NCBI GenBank assembly: GCA_004764695.1
Contig: SMSO01000031.1
Coordinates: 2,890,436-2,954,435, forward strand
DNA: 64,000 bases
Direction: 5' to 3'
DNA from: Schizochytrium sp. TIO01
Lineage: Eukaryota > Protista > Bigyra: Labyrinthulomycetes
Positions 30,121 to 42,721 of this stretch are shown here, piece by piece; the stretch's first letter is position 1; each line of letters starts with the position of its first letter. Under the pieces are notes generated by a model that was not told the origin of the DNA, searched no databases, and worked only from the letters and a program-made list of their open reading frames with translations. The position numbers and the translations under genes were made by a program.

Positions 30121-31770
30121 ATGCAACGGAACGCTTCACATGCAGAAAACTTGCAACCACAAGAGCAAATGAATCAAGGTGTAGACAGCCGACCATCGGT
30201 ATGGAAAAAAATAGGCAATTCATTTCGCAAGCAGAGACAAGGAGACAACGATACGAACACCGCACCGAGAAGGAGCTGGGGCCAAAAACATTTGCCTTAT
30301 ACTAAAGTACTAACCTCCTTTGGAGGTATTATCCAAAGCTGGCGTGTTAAAGGGCTTCGGTCGAAATCATGTGTGACAGCGCATACCAAGGCCTCTGCCC
30401 AGGGTGTTGGCGTTTGGAACTCAAGCTATGCACCTGAGTCTGCAGTTGTAGAGCTCGGTGAGTTCGAAGTTGGCTGCATGCTCGGCCGAGGCTCCTTTGG
30501 ACAAGTTTACTTGGGTAAGCGTAAAAACAGCAGAAAATGTGGTGTTTTCAAATATAATGGCCATCACGAACTTGTCGCAATCAAAGTTGTGGACAAGGCA
30601 TCCATGTATCATCGTGGACAAGTTCAGCATACATTAACTGAGCGAGAAGTCATGTTGGAATGTGGCTCTCACCCTTTTATTCTCGGTTTGCATGCTGCCT
30701 TTCAAACACCAACGCAAGTCTGCTTGGTGAGTGAATTCTGCCCCGGAGGAGAGCTCTACCACCATTTGGATACAAGCCAACGTTTTACGGAAGACACTGT
30801 GCGACTTTTTGCAGCTCAAGCACTGGATGCACTTGCTTATCTTCACGAAAACAAAGTAGCCTACCGCGATCTGAAATGCGAAAACGTTCTTTTAGATGCT
30901 TCCGGGAACATCCGTCTAGCAGATTTTGGACTTTCCTTTGTAGGAGCTTCTCGTTTCCGAGGTTGCCGAACTGTGTGTGGAAGTGTCGCTTATATGGCTC
31001 CCGAAATGGTACTGAGTCACCGTAATCATCGTAGTCATCGCGGTGTTGGGAGAGCTCATGAATACGGCTTCATGGTTGATTGGTGGGGATTTGGAGTATT
31101 TGTATATGATATGTTAGTAGGTCAAACTCCGTTCCAGCATGCTAATGAAATGTTGACACTTCGACGTATCATGAGCTCTGAGCGTGTTACATTCCCCTTG
31201 CACCTCGAGCTTTCCTGTACTGTGCGGCATTTAATTATGGCACTGGTGGCCCCCAATCCGCAATACAGACTAGGAAGCCGTGGCGCACACCAAGTATACG
31301 AACACCCGTTTTTCTCCCAAATCGATTGGAAGAGACTTCGCGCGAAGGAATATGCGCCTCCAATTATTATTGAGACTTCGTCTAAAACAAACTTGCCACA
31401 GAGGCCAACGGACGCACTGCCATATTTTGATCCTGAGGTGACACGCGTTGATATACGCCTTTTGCTTTCAAAACCAAACAAATTAAAACAACCAGGGCAG
31501 TCGACAGATAAAGTTGGCAAGAACGACTACGATGAACGCGTGGAGGACGACCGAAAGGATGTGCGAGAAGACTGTGAAGAGCGAAAGTCGAAGGTTAATG
31601 GAAATGAGATTCTCGATATGGTTAATCTCGCTTTTGAAGACTGGGACGTTAATGTTACCGAGGCTCCAATTTCCGTTACTTCAATGATTTCGACTACAGT
31701 CTCCAATGTCGATTCAAATAATATTGAAGTCCTTCCACGATCTGATTCCTCGCATGCGGTAAGTGCGTAG
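30121..31770 (+). CDS. AGC-family Ser/Thr protein kinase (PKB/S6K/SGK-like)
   Basis: GRGSFGQV, VAIK, HTLTEREV, HPFILGLHAAFQT, GGELYHHL, YRDLKCENVLLD, LADFG, TVCGSVAYMAPE, VDWWGFG, HPFFSQIDW, and an AGC tail (YFDPEVT...AFEDW). Confidence 0.93.
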   Translation: MQRNASHAENLQPQEQMNQGVDSRPSVWKKIGNSFRKQRQGDNDTNTAPRRSWGQKHLPYTKVLTSFGGIIQSWRVKGLRSKSCVTAHTKASAQGVGVWNSSYAPESAVVELGEFEVGCMLGRGSFGQVYLGKRKNSRKCGVFKYNGHHELVAIKVVDKASMYHRGQVQHTLTEREVMLECGSHPFILGLHAAFQTPTQVCLVSEFCPGGELYHHLDTSQRFTEDTVRLFAAQALDALAYLHENKVAYRDLKCENVLLDASGNIRLADFGLSFVGASRFRGCRTVCGSVAYMAPEMVLSHRNHRSHRGVGRAHEYGFMVDWWGFGVFVYDMLVGQTPFQHANEMLTLRRIMSSERVTFPLHLELSCTVRHLIMALVAPNPQYRLGSRGAHQVYEHPFFSQIDWKRLRAKEYAPPIIIETSSKTNLPQRPTDALPYFDPEVTRVDIRLLLSKPNKLKQPGQSTDKVGKNDYDERVEDDRKDVREDCEERKSKVNGNEILDMVNLAFEDWDVNVTEAPISVTSMISTTVSNVDSNNIEVLPRSDSSHAVSA

Positions 31771-32279
31771 CCTGCCGTTGAGGACACTCGATATGTGAAT
31801 ATGAATATAGACTTGAGGTATTGTAAAAGAGTGAATGTATCATGATAATTCTCTACTCCATCTGTTTTTACTAAATGAATTTTTCAAGAGGCCATTTACG
31901 ATTAGGCAGTGGCGTACAAATCGATCCGCCAAAAGCTATCATGCTTCATCTGAGAACAACCCGCTCAAGTGGCCATAGGCTTAACATAAAATGAGCAAAG
32001 CATGAAATTGAAAAAAGAAAAAACATCTTCAAACTAAAACTTGTATGTATGTATGCATGTAAGTCTGTATGTAGGGTTGTGATTGGAAATGGTTGGGCAC
32101 TTTGGCAACTGTTCTTGCCGAAGGGACAGAGATCGGTTCCTGGACAGGATTTATAGCCCTGCACAAACAGGATTGTTTGACCTAGTGAGAGACGAGGCGA
32201 ACGGTGTATTAACACCCCCCCCCCCTTGCACATCCGCTAGGGTCAGAGCAAATGTAAAGAGAAATTGTAGCTGTGATAC

Positions 32280-33830
32280 TTAGTCAGAGTGGGTTTGGCC
32301 AAGGGGACGGCCAGACTCCTGAAGGCATTGTAATTTCGAGTCAACGACCTTGATAATCTTGCCACAGATGTTGTCTGTGCGCTGTGCTTGGGGATCTCTG
32401 GTCGCGGCACGGCGGGCCTTTGCCTGGATCTCGCGAGTGCAACGAGCAAACCAAGAAAGGTAGTTCTGCTGGAGCTCAAAGATGGTGGGGTGCTCCATGG
32501 GGCTCATATCGAGCATGATCCGGGCGGCCTGACCCTTGCGAATTTTCACAACGCCCTGGAAAACCTTTTGGTTGTCAAAGCAAACAGACAGGGTGGCAAT
32601 GGCCATAACTTGCGGCAAAGCACAGAATGAAATAACATCCGGGTCGTTAAGAGCTTCCAAGTACGACAGACAGCTCCCAACCATCTCAAGAGCGTCTGCA
32701 ATCATATGATTGAGGCAGCTAGTGCTGTGGCCTGCCTCAATGGAGGCGCTGTCTGCAAGGCGGGACAAAGATTTTGAGCGTCCAAACTCGGCATCCTTTG
32801 TCACGTAGAGTTCCCACACTGAACGCGGCCACCATGCACGTCCATCAACAAGGTCCTCAAGGTAGTCGCGAATGATATTGGTGCGCTGGAGGAAGCTTCC
32901 CATGGCGTCCCAGAGCTCCCTGTGGCTCACAAGGTCAGCAGGGCAGTATCCACAGCTTGCAAAGATGCGAGTAAGGCCATCTCCGACAGTGCCAGCAACG
33001 TAATGGCAGTACTGCTCAAAGTCCTTAGCGTCATCTGTGCCGTTCTTGAGGTCGCGAGATACGTACCCTGCCATACCAACGCCCATTTCCTCTGTAATAT
33101 CAAGCACGACCTGGCGCAACTTGGGCGGAAGCACAGACATTCCGTACACAATGGCATCCATATTCTCAATAAGTTCACGCTCGTGGCCTTCACCAAAACC
33201 ATGCAACGGTTGGTGCTTGTCTGCATTGCCTTCGACGGAGTCACTGAGACGCTGAGCAAATTGGCAAAGGAGACGTTGCTTCGCGGCACTGCGAGCGTCT
33301 TCCACGTCTTTCTTGTCTTCCTCGAGTACATAGGAGTCAAAGCTAGAGAGGTTCATGTCGTCCTCCACAGTATCGAGAGCGCGAAGAACAATATAGAAGA
33401 TGCCAACGGCGAGACGAATGGGGGCGTCAGGCTTGTTAGGCAAGAAAGTGATTACAGTGGCAAAGGAGCGACTGACCTGCTTGAGCTTGGTGGAGCAGAA
33501 CTCAATGTGCTCGTGCTCAAGGTTGAGCTCCTCGAGCCCAGCGCCAAGGTAAGAAGGACGAGAAAAGGCTCCAAGCTTGTAGCGAATGACTGCATAGATT
33601 TCAGAGGGACGCAGCATCTGCACAAGAGGATGCTTGATCTCCTGGATCTGGCCGTAGCCACCTTGCTTTTTATCATCCTTGCGGGACGTGGAGAGCACGT
33701 CTAGCTGGGAGAGGATAAAGAGGAAGGCCATGAAAGCGGCAATCAAAGAACCCCATTGGGATGCGACCACGAAGTCCACAAGCACAAAGCAGATCAGCAC
33801 CTCAAGTGCAAATGTGAGCATGGAGAACAT
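32280..33830 (-). CDS. SQS: Squalene synthase (farnesyl-diphosphate farnesyltransferase)
   Basis: Flap LKQVSRSFA, first Asp motif FYIVLRALDTVEDD, YCHYVAGTVG, MGSFLQRTNIIRDYLED, FCALPQVMAIATL and the NADPH-associated VKIRKG motif. Confidence 0.95.
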   Translation of the reverse strand: MFSMLTFALEVLICFVLVDFVVASQWGSLIAAFMAFLFILSQLDVLSTSRKDDKKQGGYGQIQEIKHPLVQMLRPSEIYAVIRYKLGAFSRPSYLGAGLEELNLEHEHIEFCSTKLKQVSRSFATVITFLPNKPDAPIRLAVGIFYIVLRALDTVEDDMNLSSFDSYVLEEDKKDVEDARSAAKQRLLCQFAQRLSDSVEGNADKHQPLHGFGEGHERELIENMDAIVYGMSVLPPKLRQVVLDITEEMGVGMAGYVSRDLKNGTDDAKDFEQYCHYVAGTVGDGLTRIFASCGYCPADLVSHRELWDAMGSFLQRTNIIRDYLEDLVDGRAWWPRSVWELYVTKDAEFGRSKSLSRLADSASIEAGHSTSCLNHMIADALEMVGSCLSYLEALNDPDVISFCALPQVMAIATLSVCFDNQKVFQGVVKIRKGQAARIMLDMSPMEHPTIFELQQNYLSWFARCTREIQAKARRAATRDPQAQRTDNICGKIIKVVDSKLQCLQESGRPLGQTHSD

Positions 33831-36800
33831 CTTGCTTTCTTTTGCTTAATTTCCAGTGTGTGCAAAAGTCAGAGTACCTGCAACTTTCGACAAACAAATG
33901 CTTGAAGCGAGAAAGTCAAGCCTGTTTTCTGTGTACAGTTCTTGATTTCTGGCTGTCGTTGCACAACCTTGCTTAGGTACTGGTCACGCTCTTTCAATCT
34001 ACACAGAAGTAAAAACAGAGGCGAGAAATGGCAAAGCTGAAGTACACTCAAGTACGAGTCCGTCTCGCACAAGAATCAATCCACTGTTTGAACGAGGCAG
34101 TCTCCCACGTAAGTCTATTTCGTGGCTTGCGAGTTTTGCGTACGAAATCAGAAGAAGCTCGCGCGCCTCGATTGCTCCCTGCCTTTGGGAGTGTTTCGCA
34201 AGTGCTCTTTCCTTCCCTAAGTTTATTTCTACACGGCAATCTCAATGATGCTGACGTCCGCAATCAGTAACACCAACTTGAGAGCAGACCACCGGGCCAC
34301 AAGTCTAGAATCCTCGCCAACGAGAATCCTTTCCAACTGTTGACGCTCACTCGCGCAGCCTCGTTCGACGGCGCGGAGCGTGAGCAGCTTTGCCAGGTCG
34401 GCAGCCGCAGCAATCTCTCTTCTGAATATGACGATGAACAAATCACATTTTTTCTTCATTTTTATAAACTAAAAGAATTATAAACTACTAAAACTAAAAC
34501 TAAATATTTTTTTTGTCAAACCCTCGCTACTACACCAAAAAACCTAGCTGGTCAACGAGAACACACCAGATCCAGTTGAATGAAACATCGTGAATGAGGA
34601 GGGCTCCAACATACCTTCAATATTAGAGAATAATTAGCCAAAAGCCAAGCTAGAACGGAGAAAGACAAGACAAGACAAAACATCAACAACAATGACAATA
34701 ACAACAATAAGTGTACTACCGTCTAATATCAGACTACTAACCATCGAAGGAAGTAATCGACGCGTGAGTGTGCCTACTACCCACCAATAAGCACTACTCC
34801 TAATAGACAGTAGCGAAAAGTATTGGCAGCTATTTTATTTTACTATTTTATTTTTTGAAATAAAATAAAAATTATTTATAATCAGAAATTTGGGGAAAAC
34901 AGAGCCTTCGCGCGGGTTTGAGAGGGGGAGGGCAAGCGAGCGAGCGCTGCAACATCAATAGAAAATCTGCTATGCTCATGAGTGCATTTAGTTTGCAGTG
35001 TAAGCTTGCCTCTTTAGCATCGGTTTGAGAGCTCCCGCTGTCCCGCTTGCTCACAAAAATCTTTAGAAATGGCGAGGCGAATAAAGTAAACAAACCTCAA
35101 GCAACCTAAATTTCAATCATCTCTTTTCATAGGATGAATAAATAAACAACAAACAAATTAATAAATCAATAAATCAATAAACAAATGAAAGCATCGACGC
35201 GAGGGAGGGACCGGGTGATGCTTTGGTCTTATGGAGATCAGCGACGTGCTGGCTGCTGGGCCTAGGCCGCCGCGGTAGAAGAGCTGATGTGCGACGGCCG
35301 TTTGCCGCTGCTTTGAGGCTGCTTTGAGGCTGCGAGGCTGTCGCTGATGTGTGTCGCAGGAAGGACCAAGGCTTCTCGCCTTGTTCCTTCTTTTCCTTCA
35401 GTTTGCCCCATTACCTCCTTAGTAGGTACCTACATAGGTTGGTATATAAAACATTGTTGTCTTCATAATGCTTCTTCCTGTAGAATAGCAAAAAGCATGG
35501 CTCCTGTTTATATACAAACATACACATATGTTTGTGATGCTTGAGTTCGAGAGTATGGCAAAGCTGCTGTGGCAAGGTCTCATGGGGCCTGTACGGAATA
35601 AAGAAGATTTAGATTCATTCTCCACGCTTTCTCAGGCCGTCAGTTTTTTTGTTTAAACTTAGTTCTCTCTGAAGAAGGGGTTTTTAAATGTTACTTTATT
35701 ATTATTAAAAATCAAAAGGTGATAAATAGAAAGAATTAGTAAATAAAAAGCACTCTTCTGCGCTTTACGTCATCCTCAAGTGCGGCTTCCTAAGTAGCCC
35801 AGTATGGCTGATAATTTACATCATGGCTAGTCTACAAAATATTTCATAATCATAGCAAGCTTCGCCGGCCTCTATGGCTTTAAAAGAGCCAGGTACCAGC
35901 CTTCAATTTGACTATTCAGATCACCTAAGTGGGCATCAGAAGGATTTAATTGCCTCATGTGCAACGGCAGATACTTTGAGTTCGTTCTTCGACTCAACAT
36001 AGTTAGTTAGTTATTTAGTTATCTAGCGTCGTACCTTGTTATGGTTACTGTAGACAGAAATAAATGAATTGTGTGGACTGACTTCGCTCTGCTGTAGCAT
36101 ATGAAAACAGTGGCTAAGTCCTATTGAAAGCATTAGAAGGTACCTAGAATATCTGTTCTTGATCAATTTTCTCCTTTCTCTTCTTTGAGATAAGCAGAGG
36201 AAGTATTCCCAGTGGGGTTGTAAGGGGAGTTCTGTCCTCGGTCGCCCTGAACTTTTCGTTTTTACAAACTAATTTTACAAATTTAATTAATTAATTTATT
36301 TATTTATTTATAAAAGAAAAAAGGAAAGAGAATAGATAAGAATAGAAGTACCAGTGCTGCTTATTTTTGCATCTAAGAATCAATATTCAAAAGGTGGTTG
36401 GGAGAAGAAGAGACGATTTCTCTGTTTCGATGTCAAAACAACAACTTGAACTTGAAGAAGTCCTTCACCTCCTTTGTTAACTTAGAATAAATGATCATCA
36501 GAAAACCAACAACTTGACCCATGATCTTTCGTATGTTTCTCACCACAATCAATCAACTTGAGTGGGTGAAAGAAATCCTTCATCAGGTCACCAAGATGCA
36601 CATGGAGAGATGACCAACAAAGCAAAAGAAAAAATGCCAAGTTCAATCGATGCTTGGGTTGATTCGATGCTTGGTGCAGAATTTTCTCGGAGCAGTAACC
36701 CTGTCTCTGCAAACAACTGTGGCTGCCTTCCGCTGCTCAGGAGTTGGTTGGTCTCTAGCTAGAGAAGCGTAGAAGACTCTTCTTCTTCTTCGGTTTCCTG

Positions 36801-39800
36801 CGAGTGAAGGTTGTGCTCGAGTCGAGTTAGTTCCCAGGCCTGGCTCAGCGTGGCTTGGCCTTCTTCGCACTTTGCGCAATGCATTGCGCACTCTTTCTTT
36901 CTTTTCCTTTCTTTCGCTTTCTTTCTACGCTGCCTCCAGAGATATGTAGTATCAGCGACAGGTAGGTAGTACCTAATGATTGCTACGAAGTTCAGACATT
37001 GCTGTGCTACTACCTCTACGTAGGTTGGTGCCTAGCTTTTCATTAAAATAGTTTGTTTTTTAAGTTTTTTCTATTTTAAATATTAAGTGCATATATGTAT
37101 AGTGAAAGGTAAATTTCGAAAGAGGCTTCGCGGGGGTGTGTCCAGAAACCCTCTTCGCTCGCCTCGACTAGTAGGTGCGTAGGTAGTATTACAAGGCATT
37201 GGTTGACACCCACTTTGATAAAAGACACTCTCCGTTAGAGGCAGAAAGTAAAAATCTTTTAGCAACTTTGGGCTAAAACAATCGCTCGTTAAATGGCAGA
37301 GACCAAAAACAACCATCCCAATCCAAGCGTCGACGACCTCAGTCTCAGTCAGTCTAGGCTTGGTTTTTCATCATTCAATTATTCATTTGCTCATGTTTGT
37401 TGGTGTGATGTTTGATTATGTATTGTTGCTACCAAAAAAAGTATAATTATATTATCTATCGTAATTGCTTGTATGTAGTAAAATTATTAGTGATGATTCA
37501 TGAGTTCCAAGGCGCTTTGCTTGCAACTCCAATTCCTCGGACACCAGTTGCAAAAGATCTGTGCAGCTTGTCGTGCTCAGGCTGACAAAGATGTGCGTAT
37601 TACGTGTGGTGTCTGTGAGTCAGTCAGCGAGTCAGTCACTCCACAACACCACTCCATGTGTGTATTTATGTATTTGTGTATGTATGTGTGCGTATGTATC
37701 TATCTAAGTGTTTAGATGTATGTAACCGGTGGGATTGCTCAGCCAGATCAGACATCGGAAGCCTAGCTAGCTAGCCCTGTCGCACGATCATCGTCACCGC
37801 CGATATGACCCCATCATCCCATGATCCTCGCAACTCTGCAAGGACTCGGCTTGAGAGCTTGGCTTCGCAGCACACAGAAAGAAAGAAGCCTGTTCCCAAA
37901 CCATGCAATGCATGCATTTTGCTTGGATGGGTACTCTAGCGTATAATACCCATAGTTAGTTCGATAGAGAGCTATATCTACCTCGATATCTTCACCGTCA
38001 ACGGTTGTGTGTGTTGTATGTATATATATTTCTGTGCAGCTCCGGCAAGTAAGCGATTGATCTTGTCGAGGCAGGCAAGCACGATCAGACATGCAAGCGG
38101 GCGAGCTTCACTCTGTCGCGACCGAAGCCATGCGTGGCGAACGTCAGTTGGCACAGTTCATTGTCACCACTGGACCCGGCTTCTTTGACGCGGCGCTGCT
38201 GTAATGTGCCTGGATATTAATTAATTAATTAATTGATTGATTGATTGATTGATTCGCATTACATTCATTCAACGCTAGCTAAGTAACTATTTAGCTGCGT
38301 TATCTTCATGGAAAGCCGCAGCTGCACCACAAGAGAGTGCGTGCAGCTCGTACGCATTCGCTCCTTCGTCCATTCGTGCATTCGCTGATTGTTTTGGCTG
38401 TCTTGCTGTCTTGCTTGCTTGTTTGCTCAGAAGCCTTGCAAAACCAACCACGTTATGAATGAAATCCGACGTTGGGCCGCGCTGGGGCTACCAAGCGCAC
38501 CAACCACCGCAAACCTTCGTTGTTCAGGATATTCTTCGCTTCTGCTGGAGGTTTTTGGATAGATATTGTGGAGCACGGGTAAAACAAGTGTGGCTTTGAA
38601 AAAAGTGCCGCTCTCTGGCGGACAGAGCTTCACTATCCGGACTCGCGAAGCTGGTGTCTGCTTTCTCTTCGTGCCGGAGTCTTCGGTCTCAAGCAAGGAT
38701 TGCCATGGAGATCAATCGATCGATCGTCGTTCGTTCGTTCGTTTGGTTGTTTGTCAGACAGTCCCTCACTTCATTACTTTAAATGATATTTTTGATAAAG
38801 TTCCTCTCCATTTCCGTTTGTTTCTCAGGCTCTCCTTTCGTTTTTTCAAAGAAAAAGTATCCACCGCCAACATGGCATCTTTCGATCAGATGTTTATCAT
38901 ATTTAGGCCTAAAGCTTCTTTTTTTTTTAATTACATATAACCTAGTTAGAAGCCTAGAGTTTTTTTGTTTTTGTTTTTGTTTTTTTAATAAATTTAAATA
39001 ACTAAAATAATTTTTTCTTATTTTTATTATAGTTAATAATAATAATAATAAATGCCTGCTTTGCTAATATGCTACTGCTACTATTAGCGTATTTAATAAG
39101 GGTATATATTGGGAAGTCTGTTTATTAATTTTATTTACTTTTTAATCTTTTTTTTTCTTTTCTTTAGGTTCCTTCAAAGTTATTCATTATTAAAAATAAA
39201 ATATAAAGAGCTGCGCCTGCGTCGTCGTCGCCAACTTGGCATACCTTCTTAACATACACCCAGAGGGGACCCGCAGCAACAAAACTATTCATACGCGATA
39301 CACACCTCTATCGCACAAAGGGGGTATTATGAAAGTATCGAGCTTTTGGCTCGCGCACGATGATGGCGTCATCGAAATCGCGCTGAACCCCACTTACTAC
39401 GGTCATAAATATGTAAATTAAGCTTATACCCAGAGATGAAATAGGTTTATTGTGTGCACGTATCACGAAGGGAAGCGCCATCATGGGGCTTCTTCAACTC
39501 TGTTCGATTTTCACACTATATTCTTTTTATAGGGCATCAATTCGGAGTCTTCAAGGCAACATATAAATATATTGATGAAACCAAAGTCGAGGCAGCTGGC
39601 GTTAATGCGGGGATGAGCAACCAGGTCGCGGAAGCTGTTGCTACTACTCCGAGCCCGTTCGTTCACTGGCTACCGATCATTCAACACTTTTTCCTCAAAT
39701 GCCTGAGCATCACGCAACTTTGGGTGGAACTCAACGGCATCTACGAGAGAAAGGAAGTCACAGTGGCTGGACCACCAAGTTAAATGCATGGGACTCCTTA

Positions 39801-40089
39801 AACGAGATTCGGCTAAAGTACTACTAGAACGACGGTTCTTGCTCTTGGCTAGTAGACACCCTAGGTACCAGAGTGTTAGCTGACATTGATGAGAACACGA
39901 AAGCACTTTCATGACAGAACCAGCGTCACTTTTTACATCTTTGGTGCCACCTCCGAACCAAACAGGCCTTGGAAAAATGAGCTTTATATTATGCAGCTTT
40001 GCTTGTGTTTTTTCATGAATGAAAAGTAGTCAAGGTATGCAAAAATGGACGCTTACGGAAATCTTGATCGCTTGGTTGCCTCAAGCTTG

Positions 40090-40620
40090 GGTAAGATACA
40101 AGGCTGTACTACCCAGAAGTTATCCAAAGCTTAGTAGTACAAAGGTAAACATAGATACAATAAACTCTTTGTTCATTTCTTTATATGAACGAGCAGAATC
40201 TGTCGTTTTTCACACTATACGTTACTTTAAAGGAATAACAGCATGTAAAATATCGAGGAGCGTGAATTACTTGTACTAGCTCTCCGAAAGTACACCACAA
40301 CTTTGATACATAGAGCATTAGTTTCAAGTTGTACAACATCAGCAAATAATAACATTCTGATCCTAAGTTATAATTTCAGCAAAAAGAAGTTTCTAAGCTG
40401 TTCCTTAAATTAAGGTTGCGTATTTTGATGAAGAATAACAGAGGGATATCATATTTATGAAAGGTAGCCTAAGCACTTATCTACTTTCGTTAGAAAAATA
40501 GCTAGGTAATACTTATGTATAGTGTGTGTGAAGTGATCGTATTGCGTATATTCTTCTTGAGACCGCTAACCTAGGGATCATGTGGAGAATGCAACGTCGA
40601 AAGATTTGGTACATCATTTG
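40090..40620 (+). mobile_element. Decayed Ty1/copia reverse-transcriptase fragment
   Basis: Stop- and frameshift-riddled collinear motifs: VKYRGA*IT...NFDT (cf. KYKARLVA...DFDET), QVVQHQQI...ISAKRSF, and IKVAYFDEE*QRDIIFMK at 40409-40462 (cf. DIKTAYLNGELQEDIYMKQP). Confidence 0.42.
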
Positions 40621-41959
40621 TCAGCCTCGAAAACTTATAACGATAGGATGGAGCAGTCCTTATTTAGGTTGTAATTGAGAAGCCAAGGTTCACAACCTTA
40701 CACGTGCATTAATGCACGCAAGAGAATGCTACTAGCATAAACTGATTTTGATTGCTTATGAAACAAATTAATCTAGACTCTTCCAATTCGTCAAAAGAAT
40801 ATTAAGTCTGGCTCAGTTCACCGAATACAACTTGCAGTTCAAATTCCCGAAGATTAGCTAAGCATTTAAAAGCTTGTTCTCGATCCACTTCTTCTTCTTC
40901 TTCTTCTTCTTCTTCCTCCTCATTGATTTGTCGGTTGATCTCCAGCTTATATGAATTCGACCCATGAGTTTAGCCTGAGCTAGTCTAGGACCTTCATAAG
41001 ACACACAAAGTTGTAAGGAAGCGTGCTGCCTCCTCATCAAAATGGAGTAGTTTGCAGCAGGAATCTCTATTAAGTTGATAGTTTGGCTCAGTTGAGGAGG
41101 ATATACTTACTGAGAGCTCCCGCAAAGCCCCTCCGTATTGAGTCTTGTGAAGAGTTTTTATATTTCAAAATCTAAATTCAATCGAGAATCTCCCTTGTAA
41201 TCCTAGAAACTCGAGCCTCATTGTTCAAAGAGAGATGAAGATTTCTTCGAAGTACGAAAGGTTCATAGGCCGATACAAACCGAAACACAATGTTCCTTTT
41301 GCTTACACAACGCTGGAAAACATTGACTAAGTTCAACCAGCTTGACTTTATGCTGAAGATTGCAATGAAACCCTATAGAATTCAGGAAATATGCTTCCTG
41401 CATTGCTAAATTTGTTTCTCTCAAAGATTGAGCGCCGTGTTGAAAGCAACCCCCCTTGATCAGCTAAAGGCTGACTGGGAAGGCAAAGGAAGCATAAAGT
41501 CTTGAGAAGGTATTGCATACTTGGGCTTCAGGAGTCAGCGTTCTGCTGTCCGAAGTGGACTGATGCATATTATAATTCAGAGACAAAAAAAGGACTTTAT
41601 CTGCATTTCGCATGGAGAGGGTAAGCTAAATGTCTTTTCAACCTCCAACTCAGGCTTTGCCGCCGCGTACGTTTTCTAATGTATTGTACACTTTCACTTT
41701 TTGAGTTTCCTAGCTCTTTGTCTTTGTATCTGATTGTCTAGTTCTTATCTTCTACAATACTTTAGGGCTTCCAGCATCGTGTAAGGAATTTAATAGTGAC
41801 TTGTCTACAGCGCCTTTCAATTATAAATCTTAGAACCACGAATTAGACAGATCCGTACAATGGTACGCTAAGCGCATCTTTATTTAAGAGGCTACTCTGT
41901 AGTTACGAAATATTATGAAGTTCAAATTAGCACCACTTCAGTTTTTTAGCAAACTTCAA

Positions 41960-42721
41960 TCTTTAATGTATGTCGAATGCAAAAACCTTCTAATTTAGAG
42001 AAGACTGAAAAGCAAAGGCTTCCGGGTCATCTGGTCAACGCGCCTCTGCGAGTGCACTATTTACAGTACAAAGATCAATGCGGAAGTCTTTAGGGACATA
42101 AAGAGCTAGCGCTTTGCTGGCCTTCAAAAATAACAGCCGGAGGGGCATATACATATAATATATGTAATACATCAAACGATGTTGGAACCTGATCTGTAAG
42201 ACTTTGAGACTATCAATCACATAAAAATGTCACCAATTGATCGATCCATCTCAGGACCTGAAGGGAGTGGTTGATTTGTTAAATTTATTGTCCCGCAAAT
42301 TACAGATACACAGAACGAGACAGATGGTTGAAAACCTGCATCTAAGCTTAACGTATAACGTATTTAGGTCGAGGATACTTCAAAGCTAAAATCATTGTGG
42401 AGTTTGAAGTTTATACCAAAGGTTAGCATGCCATTAAATCGTAATTCTAAACCTGTGATCTCTTCGAGAGCCTTCACGATCCGTGATTTCATTTTCCCCT
42501 CGCAATATTAGTTCTAATTTATTCCAGCGGCAACTCCTCAAAAGTTTGTTGCTGAGATTTCCCGTCTCACCAGCTACATACGGGTTGAGAAATGTGATAT
42601 AAAACATTGAAATGCGTTTATAAGACTTGGAAAAACTTTTTAGCTTGAACGTTTAATATTACAGATGTGATTTGGGGATGAATTTCAAAATGAAACATTG
42701 AATGTCTATTTCCTAGGGTAA
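41960..42721 (+). mobile_element. Decayed Ty1/copia pol fragment: protease end, zinc-finger region, integrase core
   Basis: LMYVECKNLLI*RRLKSKGFRVIWS...CTIYS (41963-42066; cf. VLYVP.L..NLLSV.RL..KG..V.F...CTI), HCGV* (42393-42407; Cys pair with TGA in place of TGY), FVAEISRLT (cf. FVDD.SR.T), LEKLFSLNV*YYRCDLG/DEFQNETLNVYF (cf. .E..F...IK..RSD.GGEF.N..L..Y). The protease-then-integrase order is the copia order. Confidence 0.55.

Noticed and set aside
32922-33704. 260-aa plus-strand ORF
   Set aside because: Antisense shadow of squalene synthase.
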